A stretch of DNA of 48,168 bases, from the NCBI GenBank assembly GCA_028719205.1, contig JAQUKH010000021.1, forward strand, positions 1 through 48,168, written 5' to 3'. A program made the position numbers and the translations under genes. The stretch comes from a bacterium. GTDB lineage: Bacteria; JACRDZ01; JAQUKH01. How positions within the stretch are numbered: the first letter of the stretch is position 1; each line of letters starts with the position of its first letter. The notes beneath the pieces are model-generated. The model saw nothing but the letters and a program-made list of their open reading frames with translations. It was not told the origin of the DNA and ran no database searches. This document shows positions 1 to 7,612 of this stretch, piece by piece.

Positions 1-146
1 TTGAATGATCCGGATGGCTGTCAGCCGATATTGCTATAAATACCACATTTTCATTGCATAAATCTTCTATCTTTCTGGAACTGGTTATTCCTCTTGAATA
101 GGCTAGCAATACTATCTTTAACAATATAGTTTTTAAAGCGGGCCAT
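1..146 (-). pseudogene. IS1182-family transposase N-terminus with internal deletion and frameshift
   Basis: ATG at 146 gives MARFKNY. A different frame continues ILLKIVLLAYSRGITSSRKIEDLCNENVVFIAISADSHPDHS, the DUF772/InsH-N-like 'SSRxIE...PDHS' motif. The intervening segment appears to be missing. Confidence 0.75.
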
Positions 147-252
147 TTAAATACTTTCTCCTTTCAGTTATAATATAATATTTACATTATACCTGATATT
201 TTAATCAAAAGAAAGTATTTATTAGGGGAAAATGGGGTTTTTCGACAGCTTC
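1..252 (-). mobile_element. IS1182-family-like insertion sequence, left end plus decayed transposase (runs off window)
   Basis: Minus strand begins GAAGCTGTCGAAAAACCCC at 252, an IS1182-like terminal repeat. It is followed by RBS AAGGAG and transposase-like coding sequence. Confidence 0.65.
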
Positions 253-308
253 AACCTGAAAACTCAGGCGTCGCCATAGGCGGGTCGCCTGTAGTGCAAT
301 TGTTAAAA
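249..308 (-). other. integron attC site (60 bp)
   Basis: Minus strand: TTTTAAC-aattgc-ACTACAGGCG...CGCCTGAGT-tttcag-GTTGAAG. It has AAC/GTT ends and paired L arms with one extra base on the 5' arm. Confidence 0.85.
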
Positions 309-310
309 TC

Positions 311-385
311 TTAATTTATAATTTCAAATGAATTGACCATTCTTGTAATATGGTTCACTAGTAATAGTTTTAAATTATTTTCCAT
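311..385 (-). CDS. 24-aa mini-ORF filling a very short gene cassette (MENNLKLLLVNHITRMVNSFEIIN); possibly a deleted remnant
   Basis: ATG lies just after the core site GTTAAAA and TAA just before the inverse core TTTTAAC. No RBS is visible. Confidence 0.35.
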   Translation of the reverse strand: MENNLKLLLVNHITRMVNSFEIIN

Positions 386-561
386 TTTTAACAGCGAGTT
401 GAGCGTATTTACGGCCGGGTGGTGCGCCGAAGGCGAACCAAGGCTGACGGAAATTGCGCTCGAACGATTTGTTCGGGCGCGCGAATCAGCGCGCGGTCGG
501 ACTAATCGGGCGAATGCGTACGCGCAACTCGCTGTTCGGGCGCGCGCAGCGCGGCCGGACG
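384..561 (-). repeat. geneless cassette with long GC-rich attC-like site, copy 2 (attC-like part 386-540)
   Basis: Direct repeat of 1965-2142 with 5 substitutions. Outer inverted arms are AACAGCGAGTTG(A/C)GCGTA. The 27-bp body is GTCCGGCCGCGCTGCGCGCGCCCGAAC. Confidence 0.8.
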
Positions 562-612
562 TCGAAACTCACTGGCGGGCTACTGCCCGTCCAGTGCATT
601 GAAATGTTGGGA
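554..612 (-). other. integron attC site (59 bp); core reads GTC rather than GTT
   Basis: Minus strand: TCCCAAC-atttc-AATGCACTGGACGGGC-agta-GCCCGCCAGTGAGT-ttcgac-GTCCGGC, immediately after the toxin stop codon. Confidence 0.85.
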
Positions 613-620
613 ATCTTAAT

Positions 621-917
621 TTATTTTATATAATTTTTTAATTCCATTGCGCCGTGAAAGACACCAAGAATATCTATTCTCTGCGAGTCAGCAATTAAGT
701 AAGCAATTCTATAATGTGTATAGTATATTACTCTCACATTTTCTTTGTCTATAGCCTGGTATATCCCGCCAATTTCAGGGAATAATTTTAATATTTGTGC
801 TTTTTCACGTATTTTTGTCACGACATTTTTTGCTGCTCTGGGATTGTCCAGTGCGATGTAATCATGGATGTTCTTTAGACAGGATTTTGCTTCATCGGTC
901 CAATTCAATTTTACCAT
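621..917 (-). CDS. type II toxin, RelE/ParE family
   Basis: 'KLNWTDEAKSCLKNIHDYIALDNPRAA...LKLFPEIG...YRIAY...IDILGVFHGA' is the ParE/RelE pattern. It overlaps the upstream small acidic gene. Confidence 0.9.
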   Translation of the reverse strand: MVKLNWTDEAKSCLKNIHDYIALDNPRAAKNVVTKIREKAQILKLFPEIGGIYQAIDKENVRVIYYTHYRIAYLIADSQRIDILGVFHGAMELKNYIK

Positions 918-1090
918 TTTTCAATTTCTCTACCTAAATCTTCATCGGATGTAATTTTATTTAATTGAGAATCTCTTATTCCTCTTTCAACCATACGTTT
1001 AAATAATAATTCCTTTATAAGTTCATCGTATGAAACATCATCAGGCAGGTCATCTATGATTTTTTTTGCATTATCTTTTATTGATAACAT
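911..1090 (-). CDS. putative antitoxin partner of the RelE/ParE toxin (59 aa)
   Basis: RBS AAGGAG precedes ATG at 1090 (MLSIKDNAKKIIDDLPDDVSYDEL...VERGIRD...EIEKW). It overlaps the toxin start, and an extended -10-like TGTGGTAAAAT lies upstream. Confidence 0.8.
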   Translation of the reverse strand: MLSIKDNAKKIIDDLPDDVSYDELIKELLFKRMVERGIRDSQLNKITSDEDLGREIEKW

Positions 1091-1143
1091 ATTTAACTCC
1101 TTTCTTATCAAATACACTCCTATTTTACCACATAATAGCAAAA

Positions 1144-1563
1144 TTATTTTTGAAAATCTTTTTCATTACAAGATGTTTCAATTACCGAATTAATTAACCA
1201 TTTAAACCAACCATGAGAAATCTTTAAAATATATTCTAGTTTACCACCAGCTCTTACAGACATATTATCTGTTTTTATGAATTGGACATCAAAAGGCAAT
1301 TCCCCTTCATGAACAAGTTCACATCTAAACCATTTATAAAAGATATGTGGAATTGTTTGTAATTCTCCTCTAAATTCAACCTTCAGTACTCCTCGCCATT
1401 TTTTATCCAGTAAATTTTCAAAACATTCACGGTCCCTTGAATTGTCAGGGTATTCACGGCGGGCAGTTGCAGCAACAGCAATAAGAGCATTCAAAAATGC
1501 GCCTTCATATCTTTCGTTCTGATAAAGTAACAAAGCATCTTCAATTCTTGCACGTATACTCAT
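1144..1563 (-). CDS. cassette-borne hypothetical protein with HEPN-like RxxxxH motif (RCELVH)
   Basis: First gene after the core site GTTGGGC. It is predicted helical and contains 'FRCELVHEG'. Confidence 0.7.
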   Translation of the reverse strand: MSIRARIEDALLLYQNERYEGAFLNALIAVAATARREYPDNSRDRECFENLLDKKWRGVLKVEFRGELQTIPHIFYKWFRCELVHEGELPFDVQFIKTDNMSVRAGGKLEYILKISHGWFKWLINSVIETSCNEKDFQK

Positions 1564-1574
1564 TATTATTCCTT

Positions 1575-1635
1575 GCCCAACGGCAAAAGGTCAGCCGCGC
1601 CGTATTCGGCGTCGGCTGCAACGCAATTGTTAAAA
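1575..1635 (-). other. integron attC site (61 bp)
   Basis: Minus strand: TTTTAAC-aattgc-GTTGCAGCCGACGCCG-aata-CGGCGCGGCTGACC-ttttgcc-GTTGGGC. Confidence 0.85.
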
Positions 1636-1646
1636 TCCGAATTATT

Positions 1647-1940
1647 TTAATTATTTGAATTGTTTGTATATTTTTCAATAAATTTATAGAATTTAATTTT
1701 ATTATCAAATATAAAAAATAACAATAATAATATCAATACAGAAAATGATACATTATTCTTTGTACCAAAAAATGATTGGATTATACTTCCAATTAAAATT
1801 ATCCAAGTTACTATCCCAATTATTTTTCTGATATTTTCCAGTTTATGTATTGTATTTTTACGAGCTTCGGCATTTAATGCATTATAAACAAATTCTTCGT
1901 CATCATTCTTTAAATTAAATATGTTTTTAAAACTATGCAT
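1647..1940 (-). CDS. cassette-borne small membrane protein (two predicted TM helices)
   Basis: RBS AGGAGG is present. The gene is bounded by GTTAAAA and TTTTAAC and has two hydrophobic segments. Confidence 0.75.
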   Translation of the reverse strand: MHSFKNIFNLKNDDEEFVYNALNAEARKNTIHKLENIRKIIGIVTWIILIGSIIQSFFGTKNNVSFSVLILLLLFFIFDNKIKFYKFIEKYTNNSNN

Positions 1941-1964
1941 AGAGACCCCTCCTATATTATTTCT

Positions 1965-2142
1965 ATTTTTAACAGCGAGTTGAGCGTATTTACGGCCGGG
2001 TGGTGCGCCGAAGGCGAACCAAGGCTGACGGAAATTGCGCTCGAACGATTTGTTCGGACGCGCGAATCAGCGCGCGGTCGGACTAATCGGGCGAGTGCAT
2101 ACGCACAACTCGCTGTTCGGGCGCGCGCAGCGCGGCCGAACG
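1965..2142 (-). repeat. geneless cassette with long GC-rich attC-like site, copy 1 (attC-like part 1967-2121)
   Basis: Direct repeat of 384-561 at offset 1581. The body is GTTCGGCCGCGCTGCGCGCGCCCGAAC. Confidence 0.8.
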
Positions 2143-2160
2143 ATTAATATACGAACTTCC
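2135..2160 (-). other. candidate attI-like site at the head of the cassette array
   Basis: Minus strand GGAAGTTCGTATATTAATCGTTCGGC: a GTT core with no attC palindrome upstream, followed by AT-rich non-coding DNA. Confidence 0.4.
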
Positions 2161-2351
2161 TATTTATCCTAAATTCCAACAACAAAAATATGCTTTATTG
2201 GTAAATTATGATGCTTTTTGCAATATTTTTGCTTTTTATTTCGTAAAAGGTCTGTAATACCATAAAATATGAACTTCGTAAAATATGGTTTTTTATACTT
2301 TTACATGATATTAAACAAAAAGAGACCGAATTATATTTAAAACATCCAGAC

Positions 2352-3131
2352 TTACTTTTTACCTATAACTTTAAGGCAATCCTGATGTATGGATCCGTTT
2401 GTTGCGAATATTTCTTTTTTGAATATGGAGAATTTTTGGCCTTTGAAATCGGTAACTTTTCCGCCTGCTTCGGTTACTATCAAATACCCGGCGGCGGTAT
2501 CCCATGGGTTTAAACGCATTTCCCAGAAACCTTCAGTCCTTCCACAGGCGACATAACACAAGTCCAACGCGGCGGTACCGTCGCGCCTTACCGCCTGCGC
2601 GGTTTTCAGGAACCTTCGGAAATAGTTGATATTATTGTTTCTGTTCGCTTTGTGGATGTTATACGCGAATCCGGTTACCAGTAAGCTCTTTTGCAGGTTA
2701 TTTATTGAAGATACATTGATCCTTTTATTATTCAGGTACGCGCCTTTTCCCTTTTCCGCGAAGAACAATTCATCCCGCATCGGCTCATAAACAGCCCCCA
2801 GTATGATCTCGCCTTTTTTTTCCAGCGCGATGGAAACGCAGAAAAACGGGTAACCGTGGCTGAAATTCGTCGTGCCGTCAAGAGGGTCAATTACCCAGCG
2901 GTACTCATATTTTTCTTCGCCGATCTTTCCGGCCTCTTCCGTAAGTATGGCATGCCCGGGACAATTTTTGCGGATGGATCCAACAATCATTTTTTCGGCC
3001 CTCAGGTCCACATCGGTTACAATGTTTATATCGTCTTTATAATCTATCTTCCGGATCTTCCCGACCCTTGATTTCAGGAATTTGCCCGCGCTGACCGCCA
3101 TTTCTTTGATTAATATATTATATTTTTTCAT
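2352..3131 (-). CDS. suhB: inositol monophosphatase family protein
   Basis: Motifs 'WVIDPLDGTTNF', 'AALDLCYVACG' and 'PWDTAAG'. Confidence 0.92.
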   Translation of the reverse strand: MKKYNILIKEMAVSAGKFLKSRVGKIRKIDYKDDINIVTDVDLRAEKMIVGSIRKNCPGHAILTEEAGKIGEEKYEYRWVIDPLDGTTNFSHGYPFFCVSIALEKKGEIILGAVYEPMRDELFFAEKGKGAYLNNKRINVSSINNLQKSLLVTGFAYNIHKANRNNNINYFRRFLKTAQAVRRDGTAALDLCYVACGRTEGFWEMRLNPWDTAAGYLIVTEAGGKVTDFKGQKFSIFKKEIFATNGSIHQDCLKVIGKK

Positions 3132-3166
3132 TTGTTTTTATTAACATTCTAACATATAATTTGGTT

Positions 3167-3565
3167 ATGTTTAAAAAAATTTCTATACAGACAAGCGGCC
3201 AGGCCGATTTTGTGAACATTACTAAAGAAATAGAAAAATTTATCGCGGCGGAAAAAATTTCAAACGGCATTATTTCAGTTTTTGTGCCTCATACCACCGC
3301 GGGTATAACGCTAAATGAACAGGCTGATCCAGATGTTGTTGCTGATATCCAAAGCGAACTCGAAAAAATGGTTCCGCGTAACGCGAATTTTCTTCATTCA
3401 GAGGGCAATTCATCCGCGCATATTAAAGCAAGTATCATAGGCTCTTCCGTCCAGATCATCATAGAAAAAGGAAAACCCCTGCTGGGAACATGGCAGGGGG
3501 TATTTTTTTGCGAATTTGACGGGCCGCGCCACCGTGAAATATGGATGAAAGCAATTTCCTGTTAA
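3167..3565 (+). CDS. yjbQ: YjbQ/UPF0047 family protein
   Basis: Motifs 'VPHTTAGITLNE', 'HSEGNSSAHIKAS' and 'LGTWQGVFFCEFDGPR'. The ATG at 3167 is preferred. Confidence 0.9.
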   Translation: MFKKISIQTSGQADFVNITKEIEKFIAAEKISNGIISVFVPHTTAGITLNEQADPDVVADIQSELEKMVPRNANFLHSEGNSSAHIKASIIGSSVQIIIEKGKPLLGTWQGVFFCEFDGPRHREIWMKAISC

Positions 3566-3568
3566 TAT

Positions 3569-4726
3569 TTATCCGACAAGCACTCCTTCTTTCTCCCTGA
3601 CAGCCACCTGCTGTTCTGCCTGCGGTTCATAATATTCATAGATCTTGTTTTGAAAATTTCGCAGGACAAATTTATCCTTAACATTAGATAAAACATAATT
3701 CGGGTTAATAGGTATCTTCCCGCCGCCGCCGGGCGCGTCAATGACAAAACTCGGGATAGCGTAGCCGCTTGTATAACCTCTTAATTTCTCAATAATACTT
3801 ACACCCGTCATGACAGATGTACGGAAGTGTTCTGTCCCCATCGCAAGGTCGCACTGATAAAGATAATAAGGCCTGACCCTCATTTTTAATAACTCATGAA
3901 GCAGTTTTTTCATGGTCTGAGCTTTATCGTTAATATTTTTTAAAAGGACCGTCTGGCTTCCCAGAGGGATACCGGCATCCGCCAGCATATTACACGCCTT
4001 TTGAACGTCCGGGGTTATTTCCTTTGGATGCGTAAAATGAATACTTAAATATAACGGGTGGAATTTTTTTAATATTGATACGAGCTTCTCTGTTATTCTG
4101 AACGGCAAAGTAACAGGAGCCCGTGTTCCGATCCGTATCATTTCAAGATGTGGAATTTTCCTCAACCGGGTTAATATTGCTTCTAATTGATCATCCGGCA
4201 AAAGCAGAGGGTCTCCGCCTGAAATAAGACAATCCCGAATTTTTTTATTCTTCTCAATATATGAAATCGCTGCATCGAGTTTGCTCCCTGTCGCGATATC
4301 TTCATGAGCTCCTACTATTCTTCTGCGGGTGCAATACCGGCAATAAGCCGCGCACCTGTCTGTAACTAAAAGCAGTACTCTATCCGGATAACGATGGACT
4401 ATTCCCTGGACAGGAGAATCTTTTTCCTCACCACAAGGGTCAACCAGATCGTAGGATGATATATTTAATTCCTCCTGCTGGGGTATCACCTGACGGCGAA
4501 TGGAACAATTTGGGTCAACCGGATCCATTAAAGAGGCAAAATACGGTGTAATAGCCATCGGCATCCTGTTGTGGCCCGCCATTACCCCCGCCTCTTCTGA
4601 CGGAGAAAGATTAATTATTTGTGATAATTCATTATGCCGGACGATCCGGTTGCGAAGCTGCCATTCCCAATCATACCAATCATTCGATGAAACATTCTTC
4701 CATAAGCTGCACTGGTGATAATCCAT
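3569..4726 (-). CDS. kamA: KamA-family radical SAM/PLP aminomutase (lysine 2,3-aminomutase-like)
   Basis: 'HRYPDRVLL', CxxxCxxC (CAAYCRYC), 'SGGDPL', 'YLYQCD' and 'DAPGGGGK'. GGAGG RBS precedes ATG at 4726. Confidence 0.9.
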   Translation of the reverse strand: MDYHQCSLWKNVSSNDWYDWEWQLRNRIVRHNELSQIINLSPSEEAGVMAGHNRMPMAITPYFASLMDPVDPNCSIRRQVIPQQEELNISSYDLVDPCGEEKDSPVQGIVHRYPDRVLLLVTDRCAAYCRYCTRRRIVGAHEDIATGSKLDAAISYIEKNKKIRDCLISGGDPLLLPDDQLEAILTRLRKIPHLEMIRIGTRAPVTLPFRITEKLVSILKKFHPLYLSIHFTHPKEITPDVQKACNMLADAGIPLGSQTVLLKNINDKAQTMKKLLHELLKMRVRPYYLYQCDLAMGTEHFRTSVMTGVSIIEKLRGYTSGYAIPSFVIDAPGGGGKIPINPNYVLSNVKDKFVLRNFQNKIYEYYEPQAEQQVAVREKEGVLVG

Positions 4727-4802
4727 TCGTCCTCCATTAGTAGAACCTGGCTTGAGATTTATGGCAAATCTCATTCTCGGATATTCTCCTGGTTTTTTAT
4801 CA

Positions 4803-5915
4803 TTAAGTTAATATTTTTGTTTTATAATATCCATTGCCGTTTGCCCTGCCCATGGCAGAGTGAACTATCCTATTTATCAATTCAGGGTATTCTATCCCCG
4901 ATACTTTCGCAGAGATCGCCAGGCCCGCGTCTTCATCAAGGCATGGATTAGGATTAACATCTATCACGTAAGGGATATTGTCTTCTGTCAAACGGATATC
5001 TATCCGCGCGTAATCGCGGCAGTCCATTAAACGAAACACCTTTAAGGCAATATCTTTTATTTCATTATAAGTTTCCCGCGGAAGGTCAATGGGACAAACA
5101 GGAACGGTTTCCTGATACTCCGCGCTTTCTGTTTCCCATTTACCTATATAACTTAGAATTTGAAAATTATCTTTCGGCATTTGCGTAAAATCTATTTCCG
5201 ACATAGCCAGAACAACTTCTTCATTTTTATTCCCGATAATGGGAACATATATTTCTCTTCCGGCAATAAACTCCTCTACAATTGCCGGCTGTTTATGTTT
5301 TGAGATCAACGCGTTTACCTGCGCCACTAACTGTTTGCCGGAAGTTACAACTGATTTTTGGCTGATACCCAGGCTTCCGTGTTCCAATAACGGCTTAATA
5401 ATGAGCGGAAATTTAAGCCCGTCAATTATTGAATCATCTGACTTTCCGATTTCTTTATAAAAAATCCTGCATTCCGGTGTTTTAATTTTGTTGGAAACCA
5501 GGATCCTTTTTGCCATACCTTTATCCAGTGTCAGGCCCAAAGTTAGCGCTCCGGAACCGGTATAGGGAAGGTTAAGCAAATCCAGCATAGCGGGAATATT
5601 CATTTCTTTTGTGCTTTCCCCAAAAACGCTTTCACAAAGATTAAAAACGAGATCCACTTTTCCATCCCTGATAGTTTGCAAAAAACATACCACGTCACTT
5701 CCGATACTTATCGGAAATACGGAATAATCCATATCGCTTAAAACAGAGTTAATAAGTTCTATTTGTTTGGAAATATCCTGATAAGCCGTTAAATTCTCAC
5801 GGCTGCCCTCACAGGTACAGGCATAATCGTAAATAACAGCTATATTAAGTTTATTTGTTTTATCTTTTTTTCCCATTTTACCTGTATCTAAATATCCGAA
5901 ATTTTTTATTATCAA
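4803..5915 (-). CDS. ATP-grasp ligase, D-Ala-D-Ala ligase-like family
   Basis: 'VFNLCE', 'PYTGS', 'IIKPLLEHGSLGI', 'VEEFIAGRE', 'DYARIDIR' and 'DVNPNP'. The start could be the downstream MGKK. Confidence 0.88.
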   Translation of the reverse strand: MIIKNFGYLDTGKMGKKDKTNKLNIAVIYDYACTCEGSRENLTAYQDISKQIELINSVLSDMDYSVFPISIGSDVVCFLQTIRDGKVDLVFNLCESVFGESTKEMNIPAMLDLLNLPYTGSGALTLGLTLDKGMAKRILVSNKIKTPECRIFYKEIGKSDDSIIDGLKFPLIIKPLLEHGSLGISQKSVVTSGKQLVAQVNALISKHKQPAIVEEFIAGREIYVPIIGNKNEEVVLAMSEIDFTQMPKDNFQILSYIGKWETESAEYQETVPVCPIDLPRETYNEIKDIALKVFRLMDCRDYARIDIRLTEDNIPYVIDVNPNPCLDEDAGLAISAKVSGIEYPELINRIVHSAMGRANGNGYYKTKILT

Positions 5916-6964
5916 TTTTCTCCAAGCCTTTTTATAGCGCTATTTAAAACCGAATTGATCATCTCGTCATAACTGATCCCGGCTGACCTCGCGGCTTTCG
6001 GGAAACATGAATTATCCTCCGGATTCGGCAAAACACCCGGCAGCGGATTAAGTTCAATTATGTGCGGCTCGCCATTTTTGTCCAGCCTGACGTCAATACG
6101 GCACCAGTCACGGCACCGCAATACATTAAACGCCTTTTTACACAGGTCTTCGATCTTTATTTTAAGCTTTGGGTTTAACCTTGCCGGGCATTCAAATATA
6201 TTTAAAGGTTTATCGCTTGTATCCCAAACCCATTTCGCTTCATAGGAATACATCTTATTCGATCCTGGCGGCAATTCATCCAGTTTTATCTCCACAATAG
6301 GAAGAATCCGCGCGTTATCTTCATTACCTAACACCGCGACAGTAAATTCTCTGCCTTCAAGAAATTCCTCCACTAACGCGGGCTGGTTATAATCATTTAC
6401 AACCCGTTCGACCTGTTCCCTGAGCTCTTTTTTTGTCCGGACAAGCGAATTATTTATTATCCCTTTACTTGAACCCTCCCACACAGGTTTAACCACGGCA
6501 GGCAATGAAATATTTTCTAATTCTTTACCTGATGATACCGTTAAAAACTTAGGCGTTGAGATATTGTGAAAGGATAATATCTCCTTCGTCCTTTGTTTAT
6601 CAAGGCAAATGCCCAAAGTCACCGGATCTGAACCTGTATAAGGGATATTAAGCATATCTAAGATCGCCGGTACCTGCGACTCCCGGCTCGCGCCGTAAAA
6701 TCCTTCAGCCATATTAAAAACGATATCCGGCTTTTCTTTAACAAGCTTATTGAACATTTTATTATCTGCCTCAATAAGAACAACCTCTCGCCGGCCGGTT
6801 CCATTAAGGCCGTTCTTTAAAGCATTAGCCACCGCGTTTATGGTTTCCGGGCCGTCCCATTCAGCGTACATATCAATATTTTCATGGCTTATCTTTTTTG
6901 GCTTTTGGTTAAACACCAATCCTATTTTCATTTTTTTATCCATTTTTATCATTTTATCTGACAC
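5912..6964 (-). CDS. ATP-grasp ligase, D-Ala-D-Ala ligase-like family
   Basis: 'VFNMAEG', 'PYTGSD', 'VKPVWEGSSKGI', 'VEEFLEGREF', 'RIDVR' and 'ELNPLPG'. Confidence 0.88.
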   Translation of the reverse strand: MSDKMIKMDKKMKIGLVFNQKPKKISHENIDMYAEWDGPETINAVANALKNGLNGTGRREVVLIEADNKMFNKLVKEKPDIVFNMAEGFYGASRESQVPAILDMLNIPYTGSDPVTLGICLDKQRTKEILSFHNISTPKFLTVSSGKELENISLPAVVKPVWEGSSKGIINNSLVRTKKELREQVERVVNDYNQPALVEEFLEGREFTVAVLGNEDNARILPIVEIKLDELPPGSNKMYSYEAKWVWDTSDKPLNIFECPARLNPKLKIKIEDLCKKAFNVLRCRDWCRIDVRLDKNGEPHIIELNPLPGVLPNPEDNSCFPKAARSAGISYDEMINSVLNSAIKRLGEN

Positions 6965-7364
6965 CCTGTATCCCCAGTGCCTGCTCCGCTACAGATATCA
7001 TATCTTTCATGCGAAAGGGTTTTTTCAAACAGCTGAACGCCCCTATTTTATTCGCGCCCTCCATGGAATTGGGCTCGCCGTAAGCGGTAATAATAATTAC
7101 TTTAGTTACCGGGTTTATATCCTTCAGGGCCTCCAGGATCTCAAGGCCGCTTTTTCCCGGAAGTTTTAAATCGGTCACAACCAGGTCGTAAGAATCCTCA
7201 TTGATCAACTGAAAACCTTTTTCACCATCAGAGGCAATATCCACTTTGCAGTCCATTTTTAAGAATATATCTCTTATCGCGTCGAGTGTATTTTCTTCAT
7301 CTTCAATAACAAGAACCTTTTTCTGCAGCCGCTCATGTTCTTCAAATAATATTTCCTGCTTCAT
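6954..7364 (-). CDS. stand-alone response regulator receiver protein
   Basis: 'VLVIEDE', 'DLVVTDLKLPGKSG', 'ITAYG' and 'KKPF'. The start is moved to ATG 7364 because the longer ORF overlaps the sigma54 promoter. Confidence 0.88.
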   Translation of the reverse strand: MKQEILFEEHERLQKKVLVIEDEENTLDAIRDIFLKMDCKVDIASDGEKGFQLINEDSYDLVVTDLKLPGKSGLEILEALKDINPVTKVIIITAYGEPNSMEGANKIGAFSCLKKPFRMKDMISVAEQALGIQGVR

Positions 7365-7377
7365 ATATATAATATGT

Positions 7378-7393
7378 AGCAATTTCCGTGCCA
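7378..7393 (-). promoter_or_regulatory. sigma54 (-24/-12) promoter
   Basis: Minus strand TGGCAC-GGAAA-TTGCT matches the consensus TGGCAC-N5-TTGC(A/T). It lies downstream of an NtrC-family activator gene. Confidence 0.85.
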
Positions 7394-7442
7394 CAAAAAA
7401 AGTTTTAAGTCACAAGTCACAAGTTTTAAGCAAATATTAAAC

Positions 7443-7478
7443 AAAAAAGAGCCTGTTCCCTAAGGAAACAGACTCTTT
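7443..7478 (-). terminator. intrinsic terminator after the kinase-NtrC operon
   Basis: Minus strand AAAGAGTCTGTTTCC-tta-GGGAACAGGCTC-TTTTTT. Confidence 0.7.
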
Positions 7479-7556
7479 ATATTATTAAAAATATTTTTAA
7501 TTTATTTTTTTAAACTTAGAACTCATAACTAAAAACTTATAACTTTTTTAAAATAA

Positions 7557-7612
7557 CTATCAATTTGATAGGTTTAAGTTTTTATCGCCGATTTTAATTC
7601 TCATTTTGATAA
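7557..7612. promoter_or_regulatory. tandem candidate enhancer (UAS) palindromes for the NtrC-family activator
   Basis: CTATCAatttTGATAG-type palindrome at 7557-7571 and TTCTCAtttTGATAA at 7598-7612, about 190-240 bp upstream of the sigma54 start. Confidence 0.55.

Noticed and set aside
333-602. Plus-strand ORFs 333-602 and 1935-2147 with near-identical Arg/Ala-rich translations
   Set aside because: They arise from reading through the GC-rich palindromic repeat. The shared part has no common start or RBS, and they run antisense to the cassette array.
384-2142. Possible CRISPR array or tRNA-like repeats
   Set aside because: There are only two long copies separated by genes, with no regular repeat-spacer period, cloverleaf or cas genes. 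The AAC/GTT logic fits integron cassettes.
3569-4774. KamA as EpmB (EF-P modification) or AblA (osmolyte), and the longer 4774 start
   Set aside because: No efp/epmA or ablB is adjacent. The GGAGG RBS supports ATG 4726.
4803-6964. Housekeeping ddl assignment
   Set aside because: The N-terminal GGxSxE motif of cell-wall Ddl is absent and the genes are not in a dcw cluster, so no gene symbol is given.
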